A stretch of 57,721 nt of DNA, filler included, from an uncultured bacterium (GTDB taxonomy: Bacteria; Latescibacterota; UBA2968), in assembly GCA_964471275.1 (NCBI GenBank). It is 2 parts of 2 records of this genome, joined end to end, with 100 filler letters (N's around TTAATTAATTAA, not from the genome) between each part and the next. Parts side by side here need not be neighbours in the genome. Positions count along the whole stretch, not along the records: positions 29,128 to 57,721 come from CAYYGZ010000026.1; 1 more part is not named here. One strand, given 5' to 3'. Every line of letters starts with the position of its first letter. The first letter of the stretch is position 1. Under the pieces are notes generated by a model, which saw only the letters and a program-made list of their open reading frames with translations, made no database searches and was not told the DNA's origin. Of the stretch, positions 47,943-57,610 are shown piece by piece. The position numbers were made by a program, and so were the translations under genes.

Positions 47943-49757
47943 CTAGATCACGCTCGGCTGATTGCGGCGCTTCTGAACCTCGGGCCGAATCGGCGACACT
48001 TTGGCAACATTCTCGGGCTCGTAGTCGAGAAGCTTGAGCCAGTCGTCAGTGCTATCATTCGGAGGGAAAATCTCATTCTCCGCGTACTCGGTGGAGACCG
48101 CATTCATCAGGTCGTCCAGCAAAATTCCCTCTTCGCTCCCTGAGGCGATCGAACGCAGGATCGCGTACTCTTTCGCCCGTCGCACGATCGATTCCAGAAC
48201 GGCGCCGCTACAGAGATCCCCACGATGGAGGATATCCTTGCGACCGCTGCGAAGCGTCACTTCCAAAAAACGTGTGTCATCTCGCTTGGCGAAAATCTCT
48301 TCAACCATCTCGTGCACACAGCCATCGATCGCGTGCTGTCCCTGTAGGACGGTCCCGCCATCTTCGCCCGCATCGATCGGCAAATCGAGGGTGAGGTATA
48401 TCTTGAGAATCTCACTGGCGTCTTCTTTTCCTGGCCTTGTAACCTTGATCTTCCGATCGATCCGGCCGGGCCGCAGGATCGCAGGATCGATCAGATCAGG
48501 TCGGTTTGAGGCCAGAACGAGAATGACATCCTGAAGAGAATCGATCCCGTCCATCTCCGCGCAAAACATCGGAACCACAGTGTTCGAGATACTATGCGAT
48601 CGCATGGCCCTTCGGGTCCCCAGAATCGACTCGGCCTCGTCGATAAATACCACGGGGAGAAAGCCCTCTTTCCGTTTCTCTCTCGCCCGACTGAAGACCT
48701 CACGGACCTGACGTTCGGATTCGCCCAGCCACATATTCAGGATTTCCGGCCCCTTGATGTGCATGAAGCACTGCTTCAGGTCCGTGTTGCCTTCTCGTTG
48801 CGCCTGACTCGCGAGATTGAATGCGGTGGCCTTTCCAATGAGCGTCTTTCCACAACCGGGTGGACCATACAGCAGGAAGCCCTTGGGCGTGCTGTATTGG
48901 AAGCGTTCGAACAGCTCGGGATGAAGGGCGGGCATTTCGATCGTATCCTTGATCGCCTGTATCGCCTCGTCCTGGCCACCAATCTTGTCCCAGGGCAAAT
49001 CTGGGATGTCTTCAAGATAGTAGTCGCTCACCTCCGGATTGTCGATCCGCTCGAGCGCGACACGCAGACTCGGATCCACACGCACTTCCTCGCCAACCTT
49101 GAGGTCGATCTCCATCAAGTGCGTTGAGCGTGTCAGGATGCTCGATTGTGCACCGTGCTCCTGCCCGACTCTCAGACGGCCGTCATCCATTACGTCCGTA
49201 ATCTTAGAAATGTTGCCAGCAAACGGGTAGCCCAAGCTGCCCACGACGGCAAACGCTTCGTTCACGAGGACCCGGGTACCGACTTCAAGTTCGTCTTCAT
49301 CGATCCGGGCGTCCACATTCGCATAGTATTCGGATCCACCGACGGAGATACAGGCCACACCGTTCTCCGGCCGCTCCAGCAGGGTACCGATGCGGTTTGC
49401 GGGTCCGGTGACTTTCTCCAGGGCCGCTTCGAGCTCGATGATCGTACGACGGGCCTCTTCGAACGTAATCTCGTCTTCCTGGAGTTGGCGCCTGAGCTGG
49501 TAGAGCAGAACCCGCCGCTTGTCCTTCTCGTCCATCGACATCAGGATCTGATCAATGACCGAGAGTGACTGGAACGAATGCTGCCTGTCAACGTAGTCCT
49601 GGAGAAAATCGTCCGGCGACTTGCGTTGACTTCTGTTATCATCTTGGAAATTGATGGGTCCACCCCCTTCTGGATCGTGGGTCGCTCGCTCGCGATGCTC
49701 TGCTAGTTTAGCCCGACCAGACCGGACCGTCAAGTCTGACCGCAAGCCATTCCACAT
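47943..49757 (-). CDS. arc: Proteasome-associated AAA+ ATPase (ARC/Mpa); true start uncertain and probably downstream of 49757
   Basis: N-terminal coiled coil, OB region, IGG, LLYGPPGCGKT, KGPEILNMWLGESER, VFIDE, SNRPDLIDPAILRPGRID. Confidence 0.92.
   Translation of the reverse strand: MWNGLRSDLTVRSGRAKLAEHRERATHDPEGGGPINFQDDNRSQRKSPDDFLQDYVDRQHSFQSLSVIDQILMSMDEKDKRRVLLYQLRRQLQEDEITFEEARRTIIELEAALEKVTGPANRIGTLLERPENGVACISVGGSEYYANVDARIDEDELEVGTRVLVNEAFAVVGSLGYPFAGNISKITDVMDDGRLRVGQEHGAQSSILTRSTHLMEIDLKVGEEVRVDPSLRVALERIDNPEVSDYYLEDIPDLPWDKIGGQDEAIQAIKDTIEMPALHPELFERFQYSTPKGFLLYGPPGCGKTLIGKATAFNLASQAQREGNTDLKQCFMHIKGPEILNMWLGESERQVREVFSRAREKRKEGFLPVVFIDEAESILGTRRAMRSHSISNTVVPMFCAEMDGIDSLQDVILVLASNRPDLIDPAILRPGRIDRKIKVTRPGKEDASEILKIYLTLDLPIDAGEDGGTVLQGQHAIDGCVHEMVEEIFAKRDDTRFLEVTLRSGRKDILHRGDLCSGAVLESIVRRAKEYAILRSIASGSEEGILLDDLMNAVSTEYAENEIFPPNDSTDDWLKLLDYEPENVAKVSPIRPEVQKRRNQPSVI
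49705..49733 (-). promoter_or_regulatory. Sigma70-type promoter of the UBact-proteasome operon
   Basis: TTGACG-N17-TAAACT on the minus strand, just downstream of the upstream gene's terminator. Confidence 0.65.
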
Positions 49758-49773
49758 AAAAACAACATGTTAC

Positions 49774-49805
49774 AAAAAAAGCCGGCTCCAAATCTGGAGC
49801 CGGCT
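49774..49805 (-). terminator. Intrinsic terminator
   Basis: AGCCGGCTCCA-GATT-TGGAGCCGGCT followed by a T-run on the minus strand. Confidence 0.85.
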
Positions 49806-49825
49806 CACCCAGAACCCACAGCTGC

Positions 49826-50164
49826 TCAGGCGAGCAGGTCGATCCGCTTACCTTTTGGAAGCCCCGTCTTGGATGAACCGTCTTCAGGCTGCCCCTTGCT
49901 GCCCTGGTCGCTCTGTCGCTGTCGACGGAGATTCCCGCCGTCTGCCTGGTGTTCTTCGACCACTTGGGGGGAGTCGGACTCCTCCCGGGGCAGGACTCGG
50001 CCCAGATCCTGTGTTCGCTGGGCAGCAAGCGTTCCGGCTGCATTCTGTGTGGCGATCACAGGATCACGATTCAGCAGGCTCTGCTGCCGCGTGGCCTCTA
50101 ACGTGACGAGGCGGAAATTCTCTTGGAACTCGATCGTTCGTACCTGCATTGCCGTGCTGTCCAA
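49826..50164 (-). CDS. Small hypothetical protein
   Basis: Hydrophilic 112-aa ORF ending KGKRIDLLA, followed by a terminator; start uncertain. Confidence 0.5.
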   Translation of the reverse strand: MDSTAMQVRTIEFQENFRLVTLEATRQQSLLNRDPVIATQNAAGTLAAQRTQDLGRVLPREESDSPQVVEEHQADGGNLRRQRQSDQGSKGQPEDGSSKTGLPKGKRIDLLA

Positions 50165-50232
50165 GGGTGGGCATAGGTAGTCATACGCTTGCTTTAAAGC
50201 TATCCGGCCCCGGGGTGAATGTCAACGGCCGA

Positions 50233-51222
50233 TCAGGTCTTCACGGCGATCGGTTTACCTCCGGATTCCGCGGACTCCCACGCGGCCTCGGTCAGTTGAA
50301 TCACGCGCAGTCCGCAGATTGCAGGGACCTGTACGTTGTCGCGTCCCAGGACTGCGTCGACGAAGTTCTGGTCGGGGCTTGCGAAACGAGAGGGCAGTTC
50401 AGCAATCTCGACAGGATCGCCACCATACTTGCAGGTTAGACTGCCATTCCGGGAGTATATCGCGCCCTGCGAGCCCCAGATGGTGATGTCTTCCCACATA
50501 CCCGGTCCAGGCCCGTTCCCGACAACAGAGAAATTGGCGAGCGCCCCATTCTCAAAGCGAACGGTCATGGCTGTGTTTATATCCACCTCGACATCGAAAT
50601 ACTCCATCCTGGCGGATACCTCCACAGGGGCTTGATCGATGACCCACAGGATGATGTCCAGAAGGTGACTGCCGGAATCGTTTAGTTGACCGCCTCCGGA
50701 GAGGGACTTCTTCTGCCGCCACGTGCCCTGCTGATTCCGATACCAGGCCTGATCCTGTAGGGCGTTTACAAACTGAACATCACCCAGCTCCCCGGCAGCG
50801 ATCTGATTCCGGATAAATCGGAATGAGGGTGCCAGATGACGCTGGTAGGATACCATCAGCAGTCGGTCAACACGCTCCGAGAGGGTAATGACTTCCTTGG
50901 CGTGCTCAACAGAGCAAACCATCGGTTTCTCCGTGAGGACGTGCAAACCGGCCTCGAGGCCACAGACGATCTGGTCATAGTGGATCGTATGCGGAGACGA
51001 GATGACAACGGCGTCCAGATCCTCCTCTGCGATGAGTGTTTCGTGTGAGTCGTAGGTGGGTAGGGCGGCCGCTTCTGGGACGCGCTCTGTCATCCGCCCG
51101 ATGCTGTCAGGACTGGGGTCGGCAAGAGCGACCACCTTCGCATCAGAAATCCCCATCAGCCGCCGCAGGTGACCCGTCATATTACCACCACAACCAACCA
51201 GACCAATTCTGACCTGTTCCAA
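50233..51222 (-). CDS. Gfo/Idh/MocA family oxidoreductase
   Basis: IGLVGCG, HVLTEKPM, SYQRH, GGGQLNDSGSHLLD; start at TTG 51222 after GGAGGG. Confidence 0.92.
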   Translation of the reverse strand: MEQVRIGLVGCGGNMTGHLRRLMGISDAKVVALADPSPDSIGRMTERVPEAAALPTYDSHETLIAEEDLDAVVISSPHTIHYDQIVCGLEAGLHVLTEKPMVCSVEHAKEVITLSERVDRLLMVSYQRHLAPSFRFIRNQIAAGELGDVQFVNALQDQAWYRNQQGTWRQKKSLSGGGQLNDSGSHLLDIILWVIDQAPVEVSARMEYFDVEVDINTAMTVRFENGALANFSVVGNGPGPGMWEDITIWGSQGAIYSRNGSLTCKYGGDPVEIAELPSRFASPDQNFVDAVLGRDNVQVPAICGLRVIQLTEAAWESAESGGKPIAVKT

Positions 51223-51259
51223 GTTTCCCTCCAAAGCAGGATTATGGGTTGCTGTCTCT

Positions 51260-51302
51260 AAAAAAGAGAAAGCCGCAGGCCCGGATTGGGCACTGCGGCT
51301 TT
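51260..51302 (-). terminator. Intrinsic terminator
   Basis: AAAGCCGCAG...CTGCGGCTTT stem followed by CTCTTTTTT on the minus strand. Confidence 0.8.
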
Positions 51303-51326
51303 CCATCGTAACGACTGAAGAATCGA

Positions 51327-52715
51327 CTACTTCAGCAGCAGCATCTTCTGCGAAGCCGTGAACTGACCAGCTTCAACCTTAGCGATGTAGACACCGCTAC
51401 CGACACCGCGACCGAGATTATCGAGAGCGTCCCACTGGATCGTGTAGCGTCCGGCGGCCTTCTGCTCGGTAACCAGTCGACGAATCTCCTGGCCCAGCGC
51501 ATCATAGATCACGATCGAAACCGCCGAGTCACTCGGCAGATCGTAAGCGATCGTCGTGGCAGGGTTGAACGGGTTTGGATACACGTGCGTATCGAATTCC
51601 GTCGGGAGGTTCAGGAAGCGTGCACCAAGAAGGACTTCGATCGGAGCCGAACTGTGAATGGCGCCGTCGAGATCAATCTGGTTCAGACGGTAGTAAACAA
51701 CTTCAACGCCCGGAACGTTTCCATCTTTGAACACGTAATTGAGAACCGCATCGGAGGTTCCGGCGCCCGGAATCAGGTCGCTGACAGCCTCGTAGGTGAT
51801 GCCGTCCGTGCTGCGCATGACCTGCCAGCCGGCGTTATTCGTCTGGGAGGTCGTCGTCCAGTTCAGGTTGACGACCTCCTCGAGAACAGAACCACCAAAG
51901 GTGGCCAATTCAGCTGCAACTTGCTCACTGAATGTGACGCTGACCGCTGCTGTCGTGGTCGTGCCGTCTGATGCCGTGACGTCGGCTGTCGCAAAACCTG
52001 AACCGCTGGCCGTAAGCGTCAGTGTTCCGTCACCATTGTCTGTGTCGCTAATCGCAGCCGATCCACCGGTCTGGGCGACAGTAAAGCTCACTGCCGCACC
52101 AGCTGCATAGCCGGAGGCCGTCACCGTGATTGCAGGTGAGACGCCGCCACGCGGAATTTCGACAATGCTGCCGTCAGCGGTGACCTTCGGAACCGCATTG
52201 AGTGACATCGTAGAAGAGATGTCGCGGTTGTCGGTCGTACTGGCTGCAACGTTGACGCTGATCGTGATGTCAAACTCAACACCCGTCACATCGGCGACTG
52301 TCACGAGAGCGATACGCCCGATATAACCGGCCGTCGGACCGATTGGCCCGATAAGTGAGCCCACGGATTGCGTGGAATCAGTTCCGGGAAGGACGATCGC
52401 AAACGGTGTATCCATTGTGCCGTTGGCTGCGGAATCAAACGTAACAACCGACTGATCTGCCGTCAGGCTGAAGCTGACACCAGCGAGATCCGCGTCAAGC
52501 GGGTTGGCGAAAACCTCGACGAAAAACTGGGTTCCCGCACCGGCAATTGCCCCGCCCGTTACCGCATCATCCGTCCCGTTGGCCGCAGTAACATCGGTTC
52601 CGACCAGATCAAGCGTCAGAACAGCCTGTGCATTGGACTGTGCCTGAACGTCTACCCCGGTGAATATGCAAGCAGCCGCGACGAGCCAGATGAGGAACAT
52701 TCTGGTACTCTTCAT
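51327..52715 (-). CDS. Secreted Ig-like surface protein with C-terminal FlgD-Ig/T9SS-type sorting domain
   Basis: Signal peptide (VQA|Q); VELxxF-like/LNWTT/YYRLNQIDLDG module; YPNPFNPATTI...WD...SGVY...KMLLLK; start at ATG 52715. Confidence 0.85.
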   Translation of the reverse strand: MKSTRMFLIWLVAAACIFTGVDVQAQSNAQAVLTLDLVGTDVTAANGTDDAVTGGAIAGAGTQFFVEVFANPLDADLAGVSFSLTADQSVVTFDSAANGTMDTPFAIVLPGTDSTQSVGSLIGPIGPTAGYIGRIALVTVADVTGVEFDITISVNVAASTTDNRDISSTMSLNAVPKVTADGSIVEIPRGGVSPAITVTASGYAAGAAVSFTVAQTGGSAAISDTDNGDGTLTLTASGSGFATADVTASDGTTTTAAVSVTFSEQVAAELATFGGSVLEEVVNLNWTTTSQTNNAGWQVMRSTDGITYEAVSDLIPGAGTSDAVLNYVFKDGNVPGVEVVYYRLNQIDLDGAIHSSAPIEVLLGARFLNLPTEFDTHVYPNPFNPATTIAYDLPSDSAVSIVIYDALGQEIRRLVTEQKAAGRYTIQWDALDNLGRGVGSGVYIAKVEAGQFTASQKMLLLK

Positions 52716-52760
52716 TGGATTTTCCTTCATTCTTTTGAAGATGTCTTCACACTTGCTGAG

Positions 52761-52797
52761 AGAAACCGGGGTCCTCATCCGAAGATGAGAACCCCGG
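52761..52797 (-). terminator. Hairpin with C(UUCG)G tetraloop; terminator or mRNA stabiliser
   Basis: CCGGGGTTCTCATC-TTCG-GATGAGGACCCCGG followed by TTTCT. Confidence 0.75.
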
Positions 52798-52810
52798 CCC
52801 ACTCAAACGG

Positions 52811-55800
52811 CTACTTCAGGAGCATCAGTTTCTTGACGTCCGAGAAGTTACCTGCGGAGATCTGGTAGAAGTAGATCCCACTGGAGACCGAAACACCCCG
52901 ATCGTCAGCACCATTCCACCGGACCGTGTAGCGTCCAGCGTTCTGCTGCTCAGCGACGAGCGTCCTTACAACCTGACCAACCACGTTGTAAATCCGCAGC
53001 GACACGTTCGAGCCGGAAGCGACGTTGTACTTGATCGTCGTCTCAGGGTTGAACGGGTTCGGGAAGTTCTGCAACAGAGCGAACTCTGTCGGCGTGCTCT
53101 CCACGTTCAGGCTTCCAAGAGCAACGACCAGGTTCGAAAGCTGCGAGCCGTCAAAGACGACACCGTTAGCGATATCGAACCGTGCGTTGTCCTCGAATTC
53201 CGTGAGAACGCGGAACGTCAAAGAAACAACATCACCTGCACCCGTGACCGGCGAACCGTCCACGATGGCGTTGGCGATGGTGAGTTCACCCGGTGTTTCC
53301 TCGTGCTTCAGGAAGACCGGCGTATCGGCTCCACCCGACTTCAGGAGATCTTCCTGTGCGGGTGCTGCCTCGACGAACTCGAACTTATCTGTGTCATACG
53401 ACAGGCCGAAACCGAAGCCCTTGAGCGATGCGGCGTTGTCGACTGTGACGTTCAGCGTAACCGTCTGGCCGACGAGGACCTTCTCACTCGTGAGGTTCAG
53501 TGAAAGCTCGACGTTGTCGTTCACACCGGGCTGCAGCGTATGCGGGAGCGGCTTTGTGCTGGCAATCGGCACACCGTTCCTGCTCACTGCGACCTGGTTG
53601 AAGGATGCTGCGAATCCGAGGAAATCAGTGAAGTCCACGAGTCCGCTGTCATCCGTATCAGCATTGGCGACAAATCCGGGCTCGCCTGTGCTGACGTTAT
53701 AGCTACCGGCGAAGGCGATGAAATCACCGAAGTCAACAACCGTCGGTGATCCGTCTGCCTCGTCGACAATGAAGATCGGATTGCCGTCTGCATTCAACCA
53801 GCTTGCACGTGCAGCAATCGACACGCTAAGCGTCGGTGCGGCCGTGTTGTTGTCCAGGTCGGCTGCATCAACACGGTAGATGACGTTAGACAGTGAACCG
53901 ATATCATCGGTGAAAGTCGTGACGCCGCCAGCGACAGAACCGACCTGCTCGAGAGCGTCTTCGGTCTCACCACGGTAGACTTCGTAACGATCAACACCAG
54001 CGATCGGCACAGCGTAGCCCTTGTAGGACGAGTAGGCGACTACGCGATCATCTACCGATGCGGTCCACGAAAGTGTAACACTGCTGCCGTCGACACTATT
54101 GGCGAGCCCCGTGATGGCGGCAGGTGCAATATTGTCAAGAGCCGCGACGGGTGATTCGGTCGCCGTGCGGGCCGACGTCTTCACACCACCAGCCTGCGTG
54201 CGAATGTTCTGCGGAACCGTGCTGGTGCCGCCAACCAGGGTCGCAACATCAGGATCGATGGCCGCAAAACGGAAACCTTTACGGTCACCGAGGATCGACT
54301 TCACATAATCATCCGAAGGCGTGAAGACCTGCTCGAGCTCTGTCATCGACAGAACGCGGTTCGGATCCACACCCAGGAACTTCACCATATTCTGGACGAT
54401 CTGCTTCGTAAAGACGCGCTTGCTAGCCGCGCGCTCTGACGAGGATCCGCCAGATTCTGAAGCAACAGCCCAGTTCGTGGACACGTTGTCCAGCGTCGGA
54501 ACAACAGCACGCTGCAACGAGTCACCCGCGACGTTGTCGAGAACAGTCCAGGAGACCATTACCGCGTCATCGCTGCCTGCCCACGCCACCTCACGGAAGA
54601 TCCGGTAACGATCCGCTCCAGTTGCTGCCGGGAACGTTACGGCTACAAATCCACCCTGGTCACCGGCACCATCCGCACCCAGCCAGTCTGCGACGGTCAG
54701 GCTGGCAGGAGCCGCGAGAGCGCCTGGAACCACAACCGCAACACCTTCAGGTGCGAAGGTAAGTGCGACCGTGCTACCTGTAGCAAGATCGTCATCAAGC
54801 GCGGCATTGGCTGCGCTGCCGATGCTGTCCTTACTTGCGCCAACGGACCGCACCGAGATCAGCAAGCCGGTTCCGGCTTCACTGGCACCACCCACCGTGA
54901 ACACTGAACCTGCTGAGTTCACTGCCTGCGGTCCCTGTGGAACACCGATCGCGCCGTTGTTCGAGGAGATGGTCACGTAGACCTCTCCGAGTACAACAGT
55001 ACCGGAAACATCTTTATCGATCAGGGCCGTTGAATCAGACCGTGCCGGTGAGGCTGTGGCACCCCACGTCTTCGCTGAGGGGTTGCCCCAACGATCAGCG
55101 GGCTGGACTGCCACCTGGAATTCACCGGAAACGCCGGCGGCGGAATCGCCACCGTCTGCGTCTTCGACGACCGTGACGTTGTAGCTGGCAAAGTTTCCTG
55201 CGTCAACTTGCAGCGAATCAGCATTACCACCATAGTTGACAACGTCGCCCGTTACATCTTCAACGTAAGTGCTGAAGGCAGCAAGCGTCTTTGTTGACGT
55301 GATCTTCACCGAGCGCACGCCCAGTGTCCAGTCATCAGCAGACAACGCTGCGGTGCCGTCCCCGTTGTCCGTCACGCCGGTGCCCGCGATCGTCACGGTA
55401 CTGATATCCTGATCACCTGCGTCGATGCGGAGCACAGCGGCAGAACCGTGTGTAACCGCTGCCCGATTAGAGCTGGAAGCTCTGGTCAGGGCCGTGTCGA
55501 TTCCGGTGATATCGAGAATCAGAGCCTCGCCTGCAATGACGACATTTTCACTACTGCTCGCCGCAACAACGAAGGAATCAGCAACCGGGTTCTGGAAGTC
55601 TGCATCGAAAGTCAGCGTATCCGGGGCAGTAGCCTGATGGTTACCGGCCAAGTCACGGAACAGAAGCTGAAGGGTGTACTCACGATTCGATGAAAGACTG
55701 TCAGCAAAGGTGATCGTGATTTCAGTATCGGTGGTAGCGAGAAGCGGATCACCCGGGGCCAATTCCTGCTTGGCCGTTTTTTCGGTGCCCGTTGTCACCT

Positions 55801-57304
55801 CGACATAAACTGCTGCCAGCGAGTCCGTCGCCTCGAGAAGCTTGATGATTGGCATCATCGTGGCTTTGTTGACCGTCGGCTCATCGCTGTTGTCGAAGTC
55901 CGGTGGAGCTTCGCTTCGCGTCGGGAATATCGACGAAACGCCAGGTGCAACCTGATCATAGGTCACAGCTGCCTGACTGGATTCCGTCTCATTGCCAACA
56001 CTGTCCGTAACGGAAATCGTGAGATCATCTGTCGAGCCAGCCTGCGTACTAACCCCAAAGTCCGTTGCGAATGAGGCCGTCAGACTCGAACTGGTAAGCG
56101 TTGTGGACGCTGCTGAAAGCACGAGTGTGGAATCAGCGAACTTCACATCAGCGGCCTTGGCTCCCTCGCTAACCGTGAACTTGAGCGGACTCGCCGCGTA
56201 GGTGACCGAGGTTGTCCCGCCCGTCAAACTCACGATGGTCAATGCCGTGTCCACAACACCTGTGAAATAGGTGCTGTCAGTCGCGCCGGATTTCGGTGTA
56301 AGCGGCGTGATTGTCGGTGCGTTGACGTCAAGGACGTGCATGTTGACGTCCGTCACACCTACCGGTGTTACATCGGTCGCATTCGTCGAACTGAGGTTGC
56401 CTGCGGCATCCGTCAGGAACGAAACAGCCACGATGCGCCGGTTGTCACCCGTAACATCTCCCGCTCCGAGAGTGGTGGAGTCGACAGCCGAACCCGATAC
56501 CAGGTCTGAAAACTCGAAGTTGATCGTCTTCATCGCACTGTCTGCCGCGCTAGTAACGTTCGCCGTGTCCACGAGGTGAACGATACCCGACGCACCGGAA
56601 GGCACATTCGTCACAACAAACGTAACCTTCGCCTTTGCCCCGACCTTGAAGGCCTTCTTGGGATCACCGGAGGCGTTATTACCATCGCCGAGGTAGCCGC
56701 CAGCATCATTCGGGAAATTGGAAACCCCCGTTGTGTCCAACTTGACACTCGTGATGCTTGCCGCAGGACGCTGTGCATCGATACCGATCTTCACGGCATC
56801 GCCCACAGTACCGAACGAGGTCACACCAGAGATCGTTTCATCGGAATTCTGATTCGTCAAGGGGGTAAAGGTTGCCCCTGTGTCCGTGCTGACAAGTGCA
56901 CTGAGACTCAGGCTCTTCGACGAGCTTTCGACCGTCTGGCCTGCAGTCACTTGGAAGGTTGCTGTAAAGGACTTGAAACCGTCCGAGTCCGCAGAACTGG
57001 CATCGGTCGTGCCAAATCCCTTTACGAATGCACCGCCGTTATTCGTTAAAGACGCATTCAGCGTCGTCGTATTCGTGGCCGTCGTATCCTCTACGATAGC
57101 GACCCACACACTGTCGAGTGCTGCCGTACCTGGAAGATACTCAACTGAAACCACCACCGAATCGCCGATCCCGGCCCACGTATCAGTGGCGGGATGTTCG
57201 ATTCTCAGGCGTACGCCCTGCGGTGTAGCTGCGTCAGCAACACCGGCCATACCGGCGAGCAACAGCAGAACAACACACAGGCAACTAATTCTCTTAAGGC
57301 TCAT
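52811..57304 (-). CDS. Large secreted Ser/Thr/Ala/Asp-rich surface (S-layer-like) protein: Ig-like repeats, FN3, dockerin-like pair, cohesin-like domain, FlgD-Ig C-terminus
   Basis: Signal peptide; FN3 (VTLSW...YEVYRG...YRV); VDFGDF and DTDDSGLVDFTDF; VGQTVTLNVTV...LKGFGFGLSYD; QNFPNPFNPET...KLMLLK; SD AAGGAG. Confidence 0.88.
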   Translation of the reverse strand: MSLKRISCLCVVLLLLAGMAGVADAATPQGVRLRIEHPATDTWAGIGDSVVVSVEYLPGTAALDSVWVAIVEDTTATNTTTLNASLTNNGGAFVKGFGTTDASSADSDGFKSFTATFQVTAGQTVESSSKSLSLSALVSTDTGATFTPLTNQNSDETISGVTSFGTVGDAVKIGIDAQRPAASITSVKLDTTGVSNFPNDAGGYLGDGNNASGDPKKAFKVGAKAKVTFVVTNVPSGASGIVHLVDTANVTSAADSAMKTINFEFSDLVSGSAVDSTTLGAGDVTGDNRRIVAVSFLTDAAGNLSSTNATDVTPVGVTDVNMHVLDVNAPTITPLTPKSGATDSTYFTGVVDTALTIVSLTGGTTSVTYAASPLKFTVSEGAKAADVKFADSTLVLSAASTTLTSSSLTASFATDFGVSTQAGSTDDLTISVTDSVGNETESSQAAVTYDQVAPGVSSIFPTRSEAPPDFDNSDEPTVNKATMMPIIKLLEATDSLAAVYVEVTTGTEKTAKQELAPGDPLLATTDTEITITFADSLSSNREYTLQLLFRDLAGNHQATAPDTLTFDADFQNPVADSFVVAASSSENVVIAGEALILDITGIDTALTRASSSNRAAVTHGSAAVLRIDAGDQDISTVTIAGTGVTDNGDGTAALSADDWTLGVRSVKITSTKTLAAFSTYVEDVTGDVVNYGGNADSLQVDAGNFASYNVTVVEDADGGDSAAGVSGEFQVAVQPADRWGNPSAKTWGATASPARSDSTALIDKDVSGTVVLGEVYVTISSNNGAIGVPQGPQAVNSAGSVFTVGGASEAGTGLLISVRSVGASKDSIGSAANAALDDDLATGSTVALTFAPEGVAVVVPGALAAPASLTVADWLGADGAGDQGGFVAVTFPAATGADRYRIFREVAWAGSDDAVMVSWTVLDNVAGDSLQRAVVPTLDNVSTNWAVASESGGSSSERAASKRVFTKQIVQNMVKFLGVDPNRVLSMTELEQVFTPSDDYVKSILGDRKGFRFAAIDPDVATLVGGTSTVPQNIRTQAGGVKTSARTATESPVAALDNIAPAAITGLANSVDGSSVTLSWTASVDDRVVAYSSYKGYAVPIAGVDRYEVYRGETEDALEQVGSVAGGVTTFTDDIGSLSNVIYRVDAADLDNNTAAPTLSVSIAARASWLNADGNPIFIVDEADGSPTVVDFGDFIAFAGSYNVSTGEPGFVANADTDDSGLVDFTDFLGFAASFNQVAVSRNGVPIASTKPLPHTLQPGVNDNVELSLNLTSEKVLVGQTVTLNVTVDNAASLKGFGFGLSYDTDKFEFVEAAPAQEDLLKSGGADTPVFLKHEETPGELTIANAIVDGSPVTGAGDVVSLTFRVLTEFEDNARFDIANGVVFDGSQLSNLVVALGSLNVESTPTEFALLQNFPNPFNPETTIKYNVASGSNVSLRIYNVVGQVVRTLVAEQQNAGRYTVRWNGADDRGVSVSSGIYFYQISAGNFSDVKKLMLLK

Positions 57305-57582
57305 TACACCTCTCCTTGAATAGCAAACTCAAAGGCAGATGAATGTATCTCATTTAACTTCATCAAGTTTACTTGCTTGCCTTCGCAACTCTCCTGCTCG
57401 TTTCCCGACTACCTACCCAACTAATTGCATCTAGGGTGATGGGCGGAATGAAAAACGAGGTGCGACGCTCATCTCTATAGTGATCCCTCCCTTCCTTTCG
57501 TATAGTTTTGCCCTGAACGGTTACTTCTGATTATGAGTTGTTATTTAGCGAAACAACCAGGAACTTCATCTAGGCCGACACA

Positions 57583-57610
57583 AATATAACAGCAAAACGC
57601 AAAGATGCAA
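57583..57610 (-). promoter_or_regulatory. Candidate sigma70 promoter (extended -10) for the large surface-protein gene
   Basis: TTGCAT-N16-TATATT with TG in the extended -10 position; implies a 5' UTR of about 270 nt. Confidence 0.4.
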
